Below are positions 48,049 to 56,820 of a stretch of DNA of 64,000 nt, one piece after another. How positions within the stretch are numbered: the first letter of the stretch is position 1; each line of letters starts with the position of its first letter. The notes below the pieces were generated by a model. That model ran no database searches. It saw nothing but the letters and a program-made list of their open reading frames with translations, and was not told the origin of the DNA. Origin of the DNA: Candidatus Microgenomatus sp. (GTDB lineage: Bacteria; Patescibacteriota; Minisyncoccia; UBA6257; GWB1-50-10). A program made the position numbers and the translations under genes. Where the stretch lies: the NCBI GenBank assembly GCA_020724805.1, contig DYGI01000001.1:303157-367156 (forward strand), written 5' to 3'.

Positions 48049-48819
48049 ATGAAAAAGACTACGAAAGAAGCGTTTGCCGACCTGGCAAACCGCTACACGC
48101 GTATGTCGAACGAAGAGAAAGTGAAGGTTCGTGATGCGCTCACCGCATTCACCGGCGTAAGCCGCGACGCGGTGCGTGACTGGTTTGCGAACCGTCATTT
48201 TCCAGTCGGCGTGCCGTTCATCAAGTTGCGCCATGCGCTCATCGGACTTGGATATCGCATCCAGACGTTCGAGGAGATGCCTGAGGCGCTCCGGTATATG
48301 AGCACACTCGTCGCCCACGACGTGGTGAAGGTCAAGGACACGTATTCGAAAATCGGTTATCCGACGACGGATGCGTTCATCCGGCCACTCACCGAAGGTG
48401 TCAAAGCTCCGGTGCCGCTTCCCGAAAGGATGCGGCGTATCGAAGCATTGTGCGGCGGGTACCGGAAGGAACTCGAAGCGGCGTGGAGTTTGGAGACGGA
48501 GCACTGGAAGTTGAACGGGGAGACGCGGTATTCCAAGCCGGCAGTTTCCCACGCTTCCGCGACGGGAGAAGAAACGGTGGGCTTGCTCGAAGTATTGAGC
48601 GGCGCCCACGCGCTTGCGACCGTCGGCATTCCGCTTCTCGAGAAATTGCTTTCGGAAGAGACGGGAGTGGAGGGACGGAGAGAATTCCGTGATGCCTTTG
48701 GGGTGGAGAAGCTTTTTAGGTTCTCCAACCTGCAGTATCGATTTACAAAGCTCTTGAACGCGGTACGCAGCGAGAAAGCGAAAGAGCTTTTCGAACAAGA
48801 ATTTTCCTCTATCACCTAA
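48049..48819 (+). CDS. Hypothetical protein with a possible N-terminal HTH (partner of the GHKL ATPase)
   Basis: RBS aaggaga; N-terminal segment GVSRDAVRDWFANRHF is HTH-like; no other recognisable motif. Confidence 0.5.
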   Translation: MKKTTKEAFADLANRYTRMSNEEKVKVRDALTAFTGVSRDAVRDWFANRHFPVGVPFIKLRHALIGLGYRIQTFEEMPEALRYMSTLVAHDVVKVKDTYSKIGYPTTDAFIRPLTEGVKAPVPLPERMRRIEALCGGYRKELEAAWSLETEHWKLNGETRYSKPAVSHASATGEETVGLLEVLSGAHALATVGIPLLEKLLSEETGVEGRREFRDAFGVEKLFRFSNLQYRFTKLLNAVRSEKAKELFEQEFSSIT

Positions 48820-48846
48820 CCCCCATTTCTCTGAAAGGATTTCTCC

Positions 48847-50520
48847 ATGAACAAATCAAAACTCGCCTTCCATGAAGGGAAGGCGCTCATTCGGCTTGCA
48901 GAGAAGTATCCCACGCTCCTCGCTGTCATTCTCGAAAGCATCCAGAACGCTATCGACACGCTCGCCAGCACCGTCTGGGTAACCGTGAATCTGCATCGCA
49001 GTACGGTAACGGTTCGCGACGACGGCACGGGAGCGACCAAAGACTACTTCGAAAAGGCGCTCCTCTCGGTCTGCCACAGCATCAAGACGGACGATAAGAT
49101 GGGGCGTTGGGGCCTAGGGCTCATCAGCCCGCTTGGGAAGTGCGACATGTTTACATTCACTTCCACCAAGCGTGGCACGGTGGGGCCATACCTTCGCTGG
49201 ACGTTCGATACCGAAAAACTCGAGCGGCAATCCAAGATCGACGGGATCCCGTTTGAGGAAGTGAACGATGTCGTATTCATGCCGTCAGGTTCCACTCCGC
49301 CCTTCAGAAAGCAGACAGTGCCATGGCGGACGGAAGTGGCGATGCGTGGCGTGACGAAGGATCGGCTCATCGGCAAAGTGGAGCTCTCTGAGCTTCGCGA
49401 CACCATCCTCGAGCGGTTCTCTGAAGCGATGCGCAAGCGGGGGACCATGATCGTGCTTACGGTGGTGTCCCGCACGAAGGAACGGGCGCAGGAAGAGATC
49501 GTGGCGCTCCAGTTCGATGGCAAGCGGCTTCCCGTGGTTCGGTATGAAGGAAAGGACTGCGGGGGAACGACCTTCGAGTTGTACCTCGCGCGGAAGAAGT
49601 CTCGCGGACGTACGGGCAAGGTGTCGGTCGGTATTCGTCACAACGACTATCGTGTCGGCATCCGTGATTTCGCCCGTTCCGCGACAGGGCTTCTCGCGCC
49701 CGAAGTGGTCGACGCGCTGACCTCAGGTGTGTTCGAGGGATACATCATCTCGCAGAAATGCGAGTTGAACTCGGACCGGAAGGGATTTGTGCAGAACGAC
49801 TCGCTTCTCGACTTTTGTCTCCACCTCGAACGGTGGGTGCAGGAAGTCGGCCTGAAGCATCTTCAGGATCTCGACGACATGCGGCGTGACGAACGGTTCC
49901 AGGTCTTGGGCCTGAAGTCGCTCTCGATCATCGAGGATATGCTGAAGAGCCCCGGGTTTGAGCACCTCATGAAGGTCATCAAGGGGTTTCGCTATGGTAC
50001 GATCGGCGCGGGTCATTTCCCGAAGGGTCGGGTCGTGGAGACGCAGGAAAGACCCTCGGTGGCCATTCAAGGGAGCGGGACGAAGTCGGGGAAGGGTTCG
50101 AGCGGGACAACCGCGAGCACCCCTCCGAAGACGGATCATCCGGAGCACAGCCCCGGTTCGGTGTTGGGGACGCTTGGGCGCCGCCGAAAGGTAGTGCGGG
50201 GGCACAGCACCGGATTGCAGTTCTCGTACGACGAGATGCCGGGGCAAAGCGTGTTGTGGCAGTTCGACGTCACGTACGGCGTCCTCCACTTCAATACCGG
50301 CCATCCGCTCTGGGAGAAAGCGGAGCGAAAAAGCGACCGCGTGCTCATGCGGTTTCAAGAGCACATTGCGGTGAAAGCGCTCACGCTCGCCACCATTCCG
50401 CCGGAATGGACGGAAGTAGCGGAGAAGTTCGTCTACGAAGAACTTCCCGCAGTGCTCCATCTTCTCCTGAACGAACGGCCGACGGCGCGCAAGAAAAACG
50501 CCGTAGCCGCAGCGGCATAG
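48847..50520 (+). CDS. GHKL (Bergerat-fold, MORC/Hsp90/MutL-like) ATPase-domain protein with an uncharacterised C-terminal region
   Basis: N box ILESIQNAIDT, G1 box RDDGTG, G2 box GRWGLGL in the first 110 aa; 557 aa. Confidence 0.65.
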   Translation: MNKSKLAFHEGKALIRLAEKYPTLLAVILESIQNAIDTLASTVWVTVNLHRSTVTVRDDGTGATKDYFEKALLSVCHSIKTDDKMGRWGLGLISPLGKCDMFTFTSTKRGTVGPYLRWTFDTEKLERQSKIDGIPFEEVNDVVFMPSGSTPPFRKQTVPWRTEVAMRGVTKDRLIGKVELSELRDTILERFSEAMRKRGTMIVLTVVSRTKERAQEEIVALQFDGKRLPVVRYEGKDCGGTTFELYLARKKSRGRTGKVSVGIRHNDYRVGIRDFARSATGLLAPEVVDALTSGVFEGYIISQKCELNSDRKGFVQNDSLLDFCLHLERWVQEVGLKHLQDLDDMRRDERFQVLGLKSLSIIEDMLKSPGFEHLMKVIKGFRYGTIGAGHFPKGRVVETQERPSVAIQGSGTKSGKGSSGTTASTPPKTDHPEHSPGSVLGTLGRRRKVVRGHSTGLQFSYDEMPGQSVLWQFDVTYGVLHFNTGHPLWEKAERKSDRVLMRFQEHIAVKALTLATIPPEWTEVAEKFVYEELPAVLHLLLNERPTARKKNAVAAAA

Positions 50521-50542
50521 CGCCGTTTCATCGATTCAAGAA

Positions 50543-50575
50543 ACCCCGAAGCAGTTCATCGCTTCGGGGTTTTTG
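50543..50575 (+). terminator. Rho-independent terminator
   Basis: ccccgaagc-agttcat-cgcttcgggg followed by tttttg. Confidence 0.75.
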
Positions 50576-50601
50576 TTGTGTGGAAGGTGTACAATAAGGA
50601 C

Positions 50602-50907
50602 ATGAAAGTGTGGTTAGGAGAATTCGTGCAGTTTTTGAAGGAATACAAGGTAATCGCGCTTGCGGTTGCGTTCGTGATGGGCGCAGCGAGCACGGACCTG
50701 GTGAAGTCGCTGGTGAACGACGTATTCATGCCGCTCGTCGCGCCCCTCCTTCCAGAGGGGGCGTGGCAGACGGCGACGCTTGCACTTGGACCCGTGAATA
50801 TCGCGTACGGCTCGTTTCTCGCCGAACTTTTGAACTTCGTCATTCTCGCGCTTGTGGTGTTTCTCGTCGCGCGGAAGATATTAAAAACGGACGCGCCGGC
50901 AAAATAG
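50602..50907 (+). CDS. mscL: Large-conductance mechanosensitive channel
   Basis: EFVQFLKEYKVIALAVAFVMGAA...DVFMPL; about 100 aa. Confidence 0.85.
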   Translation: MKVWLGEFVQFLKEYKVIALAVAFVMGAASTDLVKSLVNDVFMPLVAPLLPEGAWQTATLALGPVNIAYGSFLAELLNFVILALVVFLVARKILKTDAPAK

Positions 50908-50929
50908 AAGTTTTTTGTACAAAAAATAT

Positions 50930-50970
50930 GAAACCCCGATGCGAATGCTCGCGTCGGGGTTTCGTGATGA
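50930..50970. terminator. Bidirectional terminator hairpin
   Basis: ccccgatgcg-aatgct-cgcgtcgggg flanked by A-rich and T-rich runs, between the convergent mscL and M50 genes. Confidence 0.55.
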
Positions 50971-50984
50971 GATGAGGAGAGGTA

Positions 50985-51734
50985 TCAGACCCTCAGCCAA
51001 TCCGTGGTGGTGCTGAGGAGCGTGATGCCGAGCGCCACGAGGAATACGTACGCGCCGGCCCAGGTTCGCTGCTCTTCCACCGTCATAGCTCTCCGGTCGT
51101 AGCTGCCCTTAGGGTCATCCCGTTTCGACTGGAGACGGAGTCCCCAGAAGATGAGATAGATGGTCCCGAAGTAGAACTGGAGGGTGAGGATGGCGGTTGC
51201 GATGCCCACGATGCCGATCGTGATGGCCATGCCGTGCACGAAGTCGCGGTCACGGTCCTCCGATACGCTGTCGAAGAGCACCTTAGTGAACCTGCCGCCG
51301 TCGAAGATGCCGAAGGGGAGCAGATTGAAGAGAATGAGGCTCCCATTCAGATTGGCGACCTGCATGAGCTCCGCGCCAGTTACCGCGCCGGCGCCGTAGA
51401 GGATGCCGTAGGCGACGATGACGAGGATGTTTGCGGCAACGCCTGCCAGGTAGATTCCCGCCTTCGTGTTCCAGGAAAGCGCGTCGAAACGTTCCTTCTG
51501 ACGTGGATCGGGGATAGCGCCGCCGAGGATGACGAGGAATACGAGGTAGGTGCGGATGCCGTTTGCTTCGAGCACCGCGAGGTGTCCGAGCTCATGGACC
51601 ACGATGCTCACGAGAAGCATGGTGGCGACGAACGACGGATCGGATGCGCCGAGCCATTCCGCGAGGTACTCGAATGCGTACCAGTTGAGCACCGCGGTGA
51701 CCGTGGCAACGAGATAGCCGATAAGTCGGCCCAT
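50985..51734 (-). CDS. Site-2 protease family (peptidase M50) membrane metalloprotease, second copy
   Basis: HELGH motif in a TM helix; polytopic. Confidence 0.75.
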   Translation of the reverse strand: MGRLIGYLVATVTAVLNWYAFEYLAEWLGASDPSFVATMLLVSIVVHELGHLAVLEANGIRTYLVFLVILGGAIPDPRQKERFDALSWNTKAGIYLAGVAANILVIVAYGILYGAGAVTGAELMQVANLNGSLILFNLLPFGIFDGGRFTKVLFDSVSEDRDRDFVHGMAITIGIVGIATAILTLQFYFGTIYLIFWGLRLQSKRDDPKGSYDRRAMTVEEQRTWAGAYVFLVALGITLLSTTTDWLRV

Positions 51735-51902
51735 AAAACCTCCCTAAGTGATGGAAAATGGTGAGACACCAACGCTGGTTTCTTTTTAGCATATTTTAGT
51801 AAAAATGTCAACTCATGATGCGGAGTGAAACGAACCGGGAGAGCGCTATATTAAATTAGAGTAGGCAAGGGTGGGGTTTTTGTTTGGTATAATAGTTTCA
51901 CT

Positions 51903-52271
51903 ATGGCGAAATATGTTGATGGGTTTGTGATTCCCGTTCCGAAGGAGAACACGGCACAGTACAAGGCGATGGCGGCGGAGGGAAGCCGCGTGTGGAAGCG
52001 GTTCGGCGCCTTGGACTACAAGGAGTGTATTTTGAATGATGCCCGGCCGGACAAAAAGCTGAAGTTTACTTTCCCCAAAATGGCGAAGGTGAAGGCGGGG
52101 GAGACGGTATGGTTTTCGTTCATCGTCTACCGCTCGCGCGCGCACCGCGACGCGGTGAACAAGAAAGTGATGGCGTATTTCTCGAAGAAGTATAAGAAGA
52201 GTGATATGAAGATGCCGTTCGATATGAAGCGCTTTGCGTACGGCGGCTTCAAAGTGGTGGTGGAGCGATAA
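51903..52271 (+). CDS. DUF1428-like (YbaA-type) small protein
   Basis: N-terminal MAKYVDGFVIPVPK, characteristic of this family as I recall it. Confidence 0.5.
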   Translation: MAKYVDGFVIPVPKENTAQYKAMAAEGSRVWKRFGALDYKECILNDARPDKKLKFTFPKMAKVKAGETVWFSFIVYRSRAHRDAVNKKVMAYFSKKYKKSDMKMPFDMKRFAYGGFKVVVER

Positions 52272-52282
52272 ACAACAAAGTC

Positions 52283-52310
52283 CCGCCTCAAGGCGGGTTT
52301 TTGAGTGTGT
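52283..52310 (+). terminator. Rho-independent terminator
   Basis: cccgcct-caa-ggcggg followed by tttttg. Confidence 0.75.
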
Positions 52311-52322
52311 TAAGATTAGGAC

Positions 52323-53222
52323 ATGGTAAATAAGGTTTATTTTGGAGACAACCTTGCGCTGTTAAAATCGTTACCCACGAGATCGGTGCGGCTGATTTAT
52401 ATTGATCCGCCGTTCAACACCGGAAAAGTACAGAAACGGAAACAGCTCAAGACGATCCGCGCGGCCGACGGAGATCGTGTAGGTTTTAAAGGGCAACGTT
52501 ATCAAACGACCGTAGTGGGGGAAAAGGGATACGCTGATGTTTTCGATGACTATCTCGGCTTTCTTGAGCCACGACTCCGAGAAACTCGTCGTGTGCTCAC
52601 CGATGATGGGAGTTTGTATTTTCACATCGATTATCGGGAAGTGCATTATTGTAAGATTCTACTTGATCAGATATTTGGCCGCGAATCGTTTTTGAACGAG
52701 ATCATATGGGCGTATGACTACGGCGCACGCACAAAAAAGAAATGGCCCGCAAAACATGACAATATCTTGTGGTATGCGAAGGATCCGGAACGTTACATCT
52801 TCAACTACGAGGAAATTGAACGAATACCTTACATGGCGCCCGGGCTCGTGGGTCCCGAGAAAGCTAAACGGGGGAAAACGCCTACCGATACGTGGTGGAA
52901 CACCATCGTGAGTCCGAACGGAAAGGAAAAAACCGGATACCCTACACAGAAACCGCTCAGTATTATACGACGCATTGTTCTAGCGTCGTCGAATCCCGGC
53001 GATATGGTGATGGACTTTTTTGCTGGAAGCGGAACTCTTGGCGAGGCCGCGCTTGAACTCGGAAGAAATTTTATTTTAGCAGACAGCAATCCCGAAGCGA
53101 TCGAAGTAATGAAGAAACGATTACTCAAGTATCCTAATGTGGCATTTGAAACGTTAGAGAAAGATGCAGATGCCCAACCTTTGAAGCTTGTTTCGGAACA
53201 AAAAGTTCACACTTTACTGTGA
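52323..53222 (+). CDS. Site-specific DNA methyltransferase (N6-adenine/N4-cytosine class)
   Basis: Catalytic DPPF (IYIDPPFNTG) and an AdoMet-binding motif; lower GC than the flanking DNA. Confidence 0.85.
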   Translation: MVNKVYFGDNLALLKSLPTRSVRLIYIDPPFNTGKVQKRKQLKTIRAADGDRVGFKGQRYQTTVVGEKGYADVFDDYLGFLEPRLRETRRVLTDDGSLYFHIDYREVHYCKILLDQIFGRESFLNEIIWAYDYGARTKKKWPAKHDNILWYAKDPERYIFNYEEIERIPYMAPGLVGPEKAKRGKTPTDTWWNTIVSPNGKEKTGYPTQKPLSIIRRIVLASSNPGDMVMDFFAGSGTLGEAALELGRNFILADSNPEAIEVMKKRLLKYPNVAFETLEKDADAQPLKLVSEQKVHTLL

Positions 53223-53755
53223 AGCGTAAGGTTACCAATCACGATGTTGGAATGCTTGCGAGCATCGCGCAGAGCCTCCGCGCTGACTATGTGAGCAATG
53301 ATGCGGCATGGGAAGGCAGCCCATTTGCATGGATTAGAACGCGTCCATCACGTCAGAAAGGCAAGATTGGGGAACAGCTCGTTGCCGGATGGTGCGCAGC
53401 AAAAAGTTTGAACGTGGAACGAAGCCCTGATAGTGACGCAGATCGTGTTATTGAGGGGAAAAGAGTTGAGATAAAACTTTCAACGCTTTGGGAAAGTGGA
53501 ATTTATAAATTTCAACAGCTCCGTGATCAGAATTATGAATACCTTATTTGTCTCGGTATCTCTCCTTTTGATGCGCGCGCCTGGGTTTTCAAGAAGAGCG
53601 AAATACCATTTGATCGCTTAGACCATCAACATGGAGGATCACGCGGAAGAGATACTTGGTGGATAGAAGCAGATCCAAATCGCCCTCCAAGGTGGATGAT
53701 GCGTGATCAGCGCGGGAAATTATCCGATGTGTATCGAATTTTGAAAAGCAGATAG
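53219..53755 (+). CDS. Putative type II restriction endonuclease (PD-(D/E)xK fold), translationally coupled to the MTase
   Basis: 4-nt overlap with the MTase gene; motif SDADRVIEGKRVEIK (D...E-x-K). Confidence 0.5.
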   Translation: MKRKVTNHDVGMLASIAQSLRADYVSNDAAWEGSPFAWIRTRPSRQKGKIGEQLVAGWCAAKSLNVERSPDSDADRVIEGKRVEIKLSTLWESGIYKFQQLRDQNYEYLICLGISPFDARAWVFKKSEIPFDRLDHQHGGSRGRDTWWIEADPNRPPRWMMRDQRGKLSDVYRILKSR

Positions 53756-53870
53756 CATGGCTCGTTGAAGGTTTTCCGGAATCACGGTATAATAAGAAAA
53801 AAGTAGGGGACCAGCGTCCCGACCTGAAAGCCGTTTGACTTCCATGCCGGGCCAACCCGGATTTTTAATT

Positions 53871-54215
53871 ATGGATCAGGAACTGCAGAAGAAAATTCTA
53901 GAGGTTATAAAAAAGAACGGCGGCCAAGCTTCCGTTGGATATTTGGGTGTAGCAGTTGGTTCGAAAGTTTTGTCTGGCGAAAAGACCGGAATAGATAAGT
54001 GGAAACATAATCTACATCTCTTAATCGACTCTAATAAAATCAAAGAAATCGGAGAAGGTTTACGACCCACTTCATCGGTGAGAATTACCGAGGAGGGAGA
54101 AAGTTTTCTTAAGGGTGAGAGTAATGATGGGGATATTCTAAAGCTGTCTCCGGAGTTTTATGGTGTCGGAATAAACCTCAAATCTCTTTGGAGAAAGATT
54201 AAGTCATGGTTCTAG
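53871..54215 (+). CDS. Hypothetical protein, possibly winged-helix
   Basis: LQKKILEVIKKNGGQASVGYLGVAVGS resembles a wHTH. Confidence 0.4.
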   Translation: MDQELQKKILEVIKKNGGQASVGYLGVAVGSKVLSGEKTGIDKWKHNLHLLIDSNKIKEIGEGLRPTSSVRITEEGESFLKGESNDGDILKLSPEFYGVGINLKSLWRKIKSWF

Positions 54216-54279
54216 CTTCCCATCTAAAGTAGTTCTCAGAACTATGAACACCTACGCCGAAGCGATGTTAATTTAAGTT

Positions 54280-54591
54280 ATGGATTACAAAAGCAAAACA
54301 GATGAGGAAATAGTGGAAATTGCAAAAGAGGGAATTATACGATCACCGCAGGGCGCGCAAGCCGAAATGATGCGTCGGCTTAAAGATTCTATCGTGAAAT
54401 TAGATATCAGCACCTCTCGTTATAACCGCATGTTAGTGAGACTAACCTATTTTCTTTTAGTTATAGCAATTTTTCAGTTGTGGTATTACGCATTCGATGG
54501 GCGTCTCAATTCATTGACAGCGCTCGCCGGCTTACTAGCGATCCTTCCAATTCTTATTGTTTATAGACGAGAAATTGCTCGCTTGAAATAA
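54280..54591 (+). CDS. Hypothetical small membrane protein (two C-terminal TM helices)
   Basis: Preceded by a conserved 35-nt upstream element shared with the gene at 54632. Confidence 0.45.
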   Translation: MDYKSKTDEEIVEIAKEGIIRSPQGAQAEMMRRLKDSIVKLDISTSRYNRMLVRLTYFLLVIAIFQLWYYAFDGRLNSLTALAGLLAILPILIVYRREIARLK

Positions 54592-54631
54592 AAAATGACC
54601 ACCTACACCGGATCGATGTTTAAATAAATCT

Positions 54632-54991
54632 ATGGCCTGGCACCATTATTTTAAAAAGTTTTACAGAAAGAAGATTGGTCAGACGCCTCACTCCCGACGC
54701 CTATGGGCCGCTCTTAAAGAGCGTGGAATAGATTCCGAAACCGAGTATTTCGATGGTCACAAGCATGTTGATATCGCCATTCGTAGTGCTCGTATCTATA
54801 TTGAGGTAGATGGTATCCAGCATTTTACTAACCCAGAGCAAATCATGAGAGATTTCAAGCGGAGCCATTATTCTGATGGTGACGACTTTAGCACTTTCTA
54901 CGTAACCAACCAGATCATTGAAACGCACTTGAACGAAGTTGCAGACGCTATCGCTAAAGTTGTGGAAATGAAACTTAACCCCTCCCCATGA
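54632..54991 (+). CDS. DUF559-family (Vsr/MutH-like endonuclease fold) protein
   Basis: HVDIAIRSARIYIEVDGIQHFTNPEQIMRD...GDDFSTFYVTNQI matches the DUF559 pattern (VDF...IELDGxQH...PEQ...D). Confidence 0.6.
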   Translation: MAWHHYFKKFYRKKIGQTPHSRRLWAALKERGIDSETEYFDGHKHVDIAIRSARIYIEVDGIQHFTNPEQIMRDFKRSHYSDGDDFSTFYVTNQIIETHLNEVADAIAKVVEMKLNPSP

Positions 54992-55033
54992 CCCTCCAAA
55001 ATCTTTCATTACTCGTAATGGCCATCGCGGTGG
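54983..55033. repeat. 51-nt perfect direct repeat, copy 1 (covers the start of the gene at 54988)
   Basis: TCCCCATGACCCTCCAAAATCTTTCATTACTCGTAATGGCCATCGCGGTGG, identical to 56821..56871. Confidence 0.95.
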
Positions 55034-55740
55034 CGATATTGATTTTCGCGGCCGTGGGGCTCTACCCCGGGAGCTTTATGGTGCTACGGATAGTGACTTT
55101 CCTCGCGGCCGCGGCGTTTGCAAACCTTGCGTACCGGAGCAAGCAAATCCCGTGGCTATGCGTATTTGTGGCAATAGCGGTGGTGTTTAACCCGTTTATT
55201 CCTTTTGCCCTGAACGACGCGACCCTATGGCGCGTGATAGACGCGGCGGTGGTGCTCATTTTCGGATTTTTCTTCTGGCGCTACTACGACCGGTACGGCA
55301 AGGGGCATCGGTTCGAGGAATATGTGGCCGCGCTTTTTCCCGCGCACCACTGGGTGGTGGTGGACCGGACGCGGGATTTTTCAAAAACACTCGGGCGGTT
55401 TGTGGAGTCGGACACCAATCCCGACTTTATGTTTCGCGACGTGAAGACCGGAAAATCGTTTGCGGTGGAGTGCAAGTTCAGATCGTATCTCTACAAAGGC
55501 GGCATTTCGTGGGATAGGCAGAGAGGGGAACGGTACCATGCGTATGGCGTGAAGCACAGCGTGCCGGTGTTCATCGCAATCGGGCTTGGTGGGAGCCCCA
55601 AGAAGCCCGAGCGGCTGTTTATGTGCCCTTTGGAAAAACTGAACAACTTTGCGAACCCCGTGGTGCCGATGGAGGAGTTTGTCCGCTACGAGCGCGACCC
55701 GAAAAGGCAGTTCGTTTCGATTGAGGAGATTATAGGATAG
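54988..55740 (+). CDS. Membrane-anchored PD-(D/E)xK nuclease-fold protein (3-4 TM helices plus a C-terminal nuclease-like domain)
   Basis: C-terminal NPDFMFRDVKTGKSFAVECKFRS (PD...ExK); paralogous to the gene at 56342. Confidence 0.55.
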   Translation: MTLQNLSLLVMAIAVAILIFAAVGLYPGSFMVLRIVTFLAAAAFANLAYRSKQIPWLCVFVAIAVVFNPFIPFALNDATLWRVIDAAVVLIFGFFFWRYYDRYGKGHRFEEYVAALFPAHHWVVVDRTRDFSKTLGRFVESDTNPDFMFRDVKTGKSFAVECKFRSYLYKGGISWDRQRGERYHAYGVKHSVPVFIAIGLGGSPKKPERLFMCPLEKLNNFANPVVPMEEFVRYERDPKRQFVSIEEIIG

Positions 55741-55779
55741 CTTCCCACTGACCTACCCCAATTGGGGTAGAATGGAGAT

Positions 55780-56313
55780 ATGAAAATAGCGGTAGGGACC
55801 GTTTCGGAACAAAAAATAGGATATCTACGTGAAATTCTCGCAGAGGTCGGCGTTTCCGCTGAAACTTTTCCAGTTGGTGTATCAAGCGAAATAGCGGAAC
55901 AGCCGTTCACCTCGGATGAGGTAAAGCGGGGTTCGTTGAATCGAGCCCGCCACGCACTGGAAAAAGTTCCCGATGCCGACATATCAATTGGCATCGAGGT
56001 GGGATATGAAAAGGATAAAAACGGGAGTTTTTGGATGTTTTGTTGGGGGACAGCGATCGATAAGGCGGGATTCATAATTTCACACAAATCAAATGAGTTT
56101 CTCCTCCCCGCGTTTTTTCAAAGCGTCCTTCAAGATGGACGATACGTTTCTGATTCTGTGGCTGAATATAAGAGGCAGCAGTCAGACACCGCGGGGCATG
56201 TAATCGCGGACATCGTAACTTACCGCAAGCCCTTCATTGTGGACGCGGTACGAAACGTATTGCTTCGCTACGTAAAGCGTGAGGAATTTGAAAGAAAGCA
56301 TCCTTTCCTATGA
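55780..56313 (+). CDS. YjjX-family non-canonical purine NTP phosphatase (inosine/xanthosine triphosphatase, Maf/Ham1 superfamily)
   Basis: SEIAEQPFTSDEVKRGSLNRARHAL...ISIGIEVG aligns with E. coli YjjX ([26 protein letters not shown]...FWVAIEAG). Confidence 0.75.
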   Translation: MKIAVGTVSEQKIGYLREILAEVGVSAETFPVGVSSEIAEQPFTSDEVKRGSLNRARHALEKVPDADISIGIEVGYEKDKNGSFWMFCWGTAIDKAGFIISHKSNEFLLPAFFQSVLQDGRYVSDSVAEYKRQQSDTAGHVIADIVTYRKPFIVDAVRNVLLRYVKREEFERKHPFL

Positions 56314-56341
56314 GCTCAGCAAATTAGGGTAGAATAGAGGT

Positions 56342-56818
56342 ATGAAAAACCCCATCGACTTCTCGCGAGGGCTTATAAAAGGAAAAATTGCGGAGGTTAT
56401 TTTCGAGCAAATGTTCCGCGAGTCGGGCGAGTTTACTATTCTCCATTTTGGATACGAATATACATCGCAAGAATTGGCCCAATATCGGAAAACCCTTAAA
56501 AAAGAGGTTGTGGAAGATATAAGTAACGCACCTGACTTCGCACTTATTTCACAATCGAAGAAAGAATTGTATTTAGTTGAAGTGAAGTATCGCTCGCAGT
56601 ACAACAGGGATGATTTGAAAGAAATTGCCAGAACTCAACTTAAGCGATGGGACCCATCATGGCTTTTTGTGGCATCTCCAAAAGGATTTTTCTTTTCGCC
56701 TTGTAGCTCAATTGTAAAAAGTGGGGGAGAAATGGAACCTTTGCGCGACACGTGGGTAAATAAAGAATCGCAAAAGGAGTATCTGAAACTACTGAACGAG
56801 TTCATAAAACAGAAATAA
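56342..56818 (+). CDS. Soluble PD-(D/E)xK nuclease-fold protein
   Basis: APDFALISQSKKELYLVEVKYRS (PD...EVK); paralogous to the C-terminal domain of the gene at 54988. Confidence 0.55.
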   Translation: MKNPIDFSRGLIKGKIAEVIFEQMFRESGEFTILHFGYEYTSQELAQYRKTLKKEVVEDISNAPDFALISQSKKELYLVEVKYRSQYNRDDLKEIARTQLKRWDPSWLFVASPKGFFFSPCSSIVKSGGEMEPLRDTWVNKESQKEYLKLLNEFIKQK

Positions 56819-56820
56819 AC

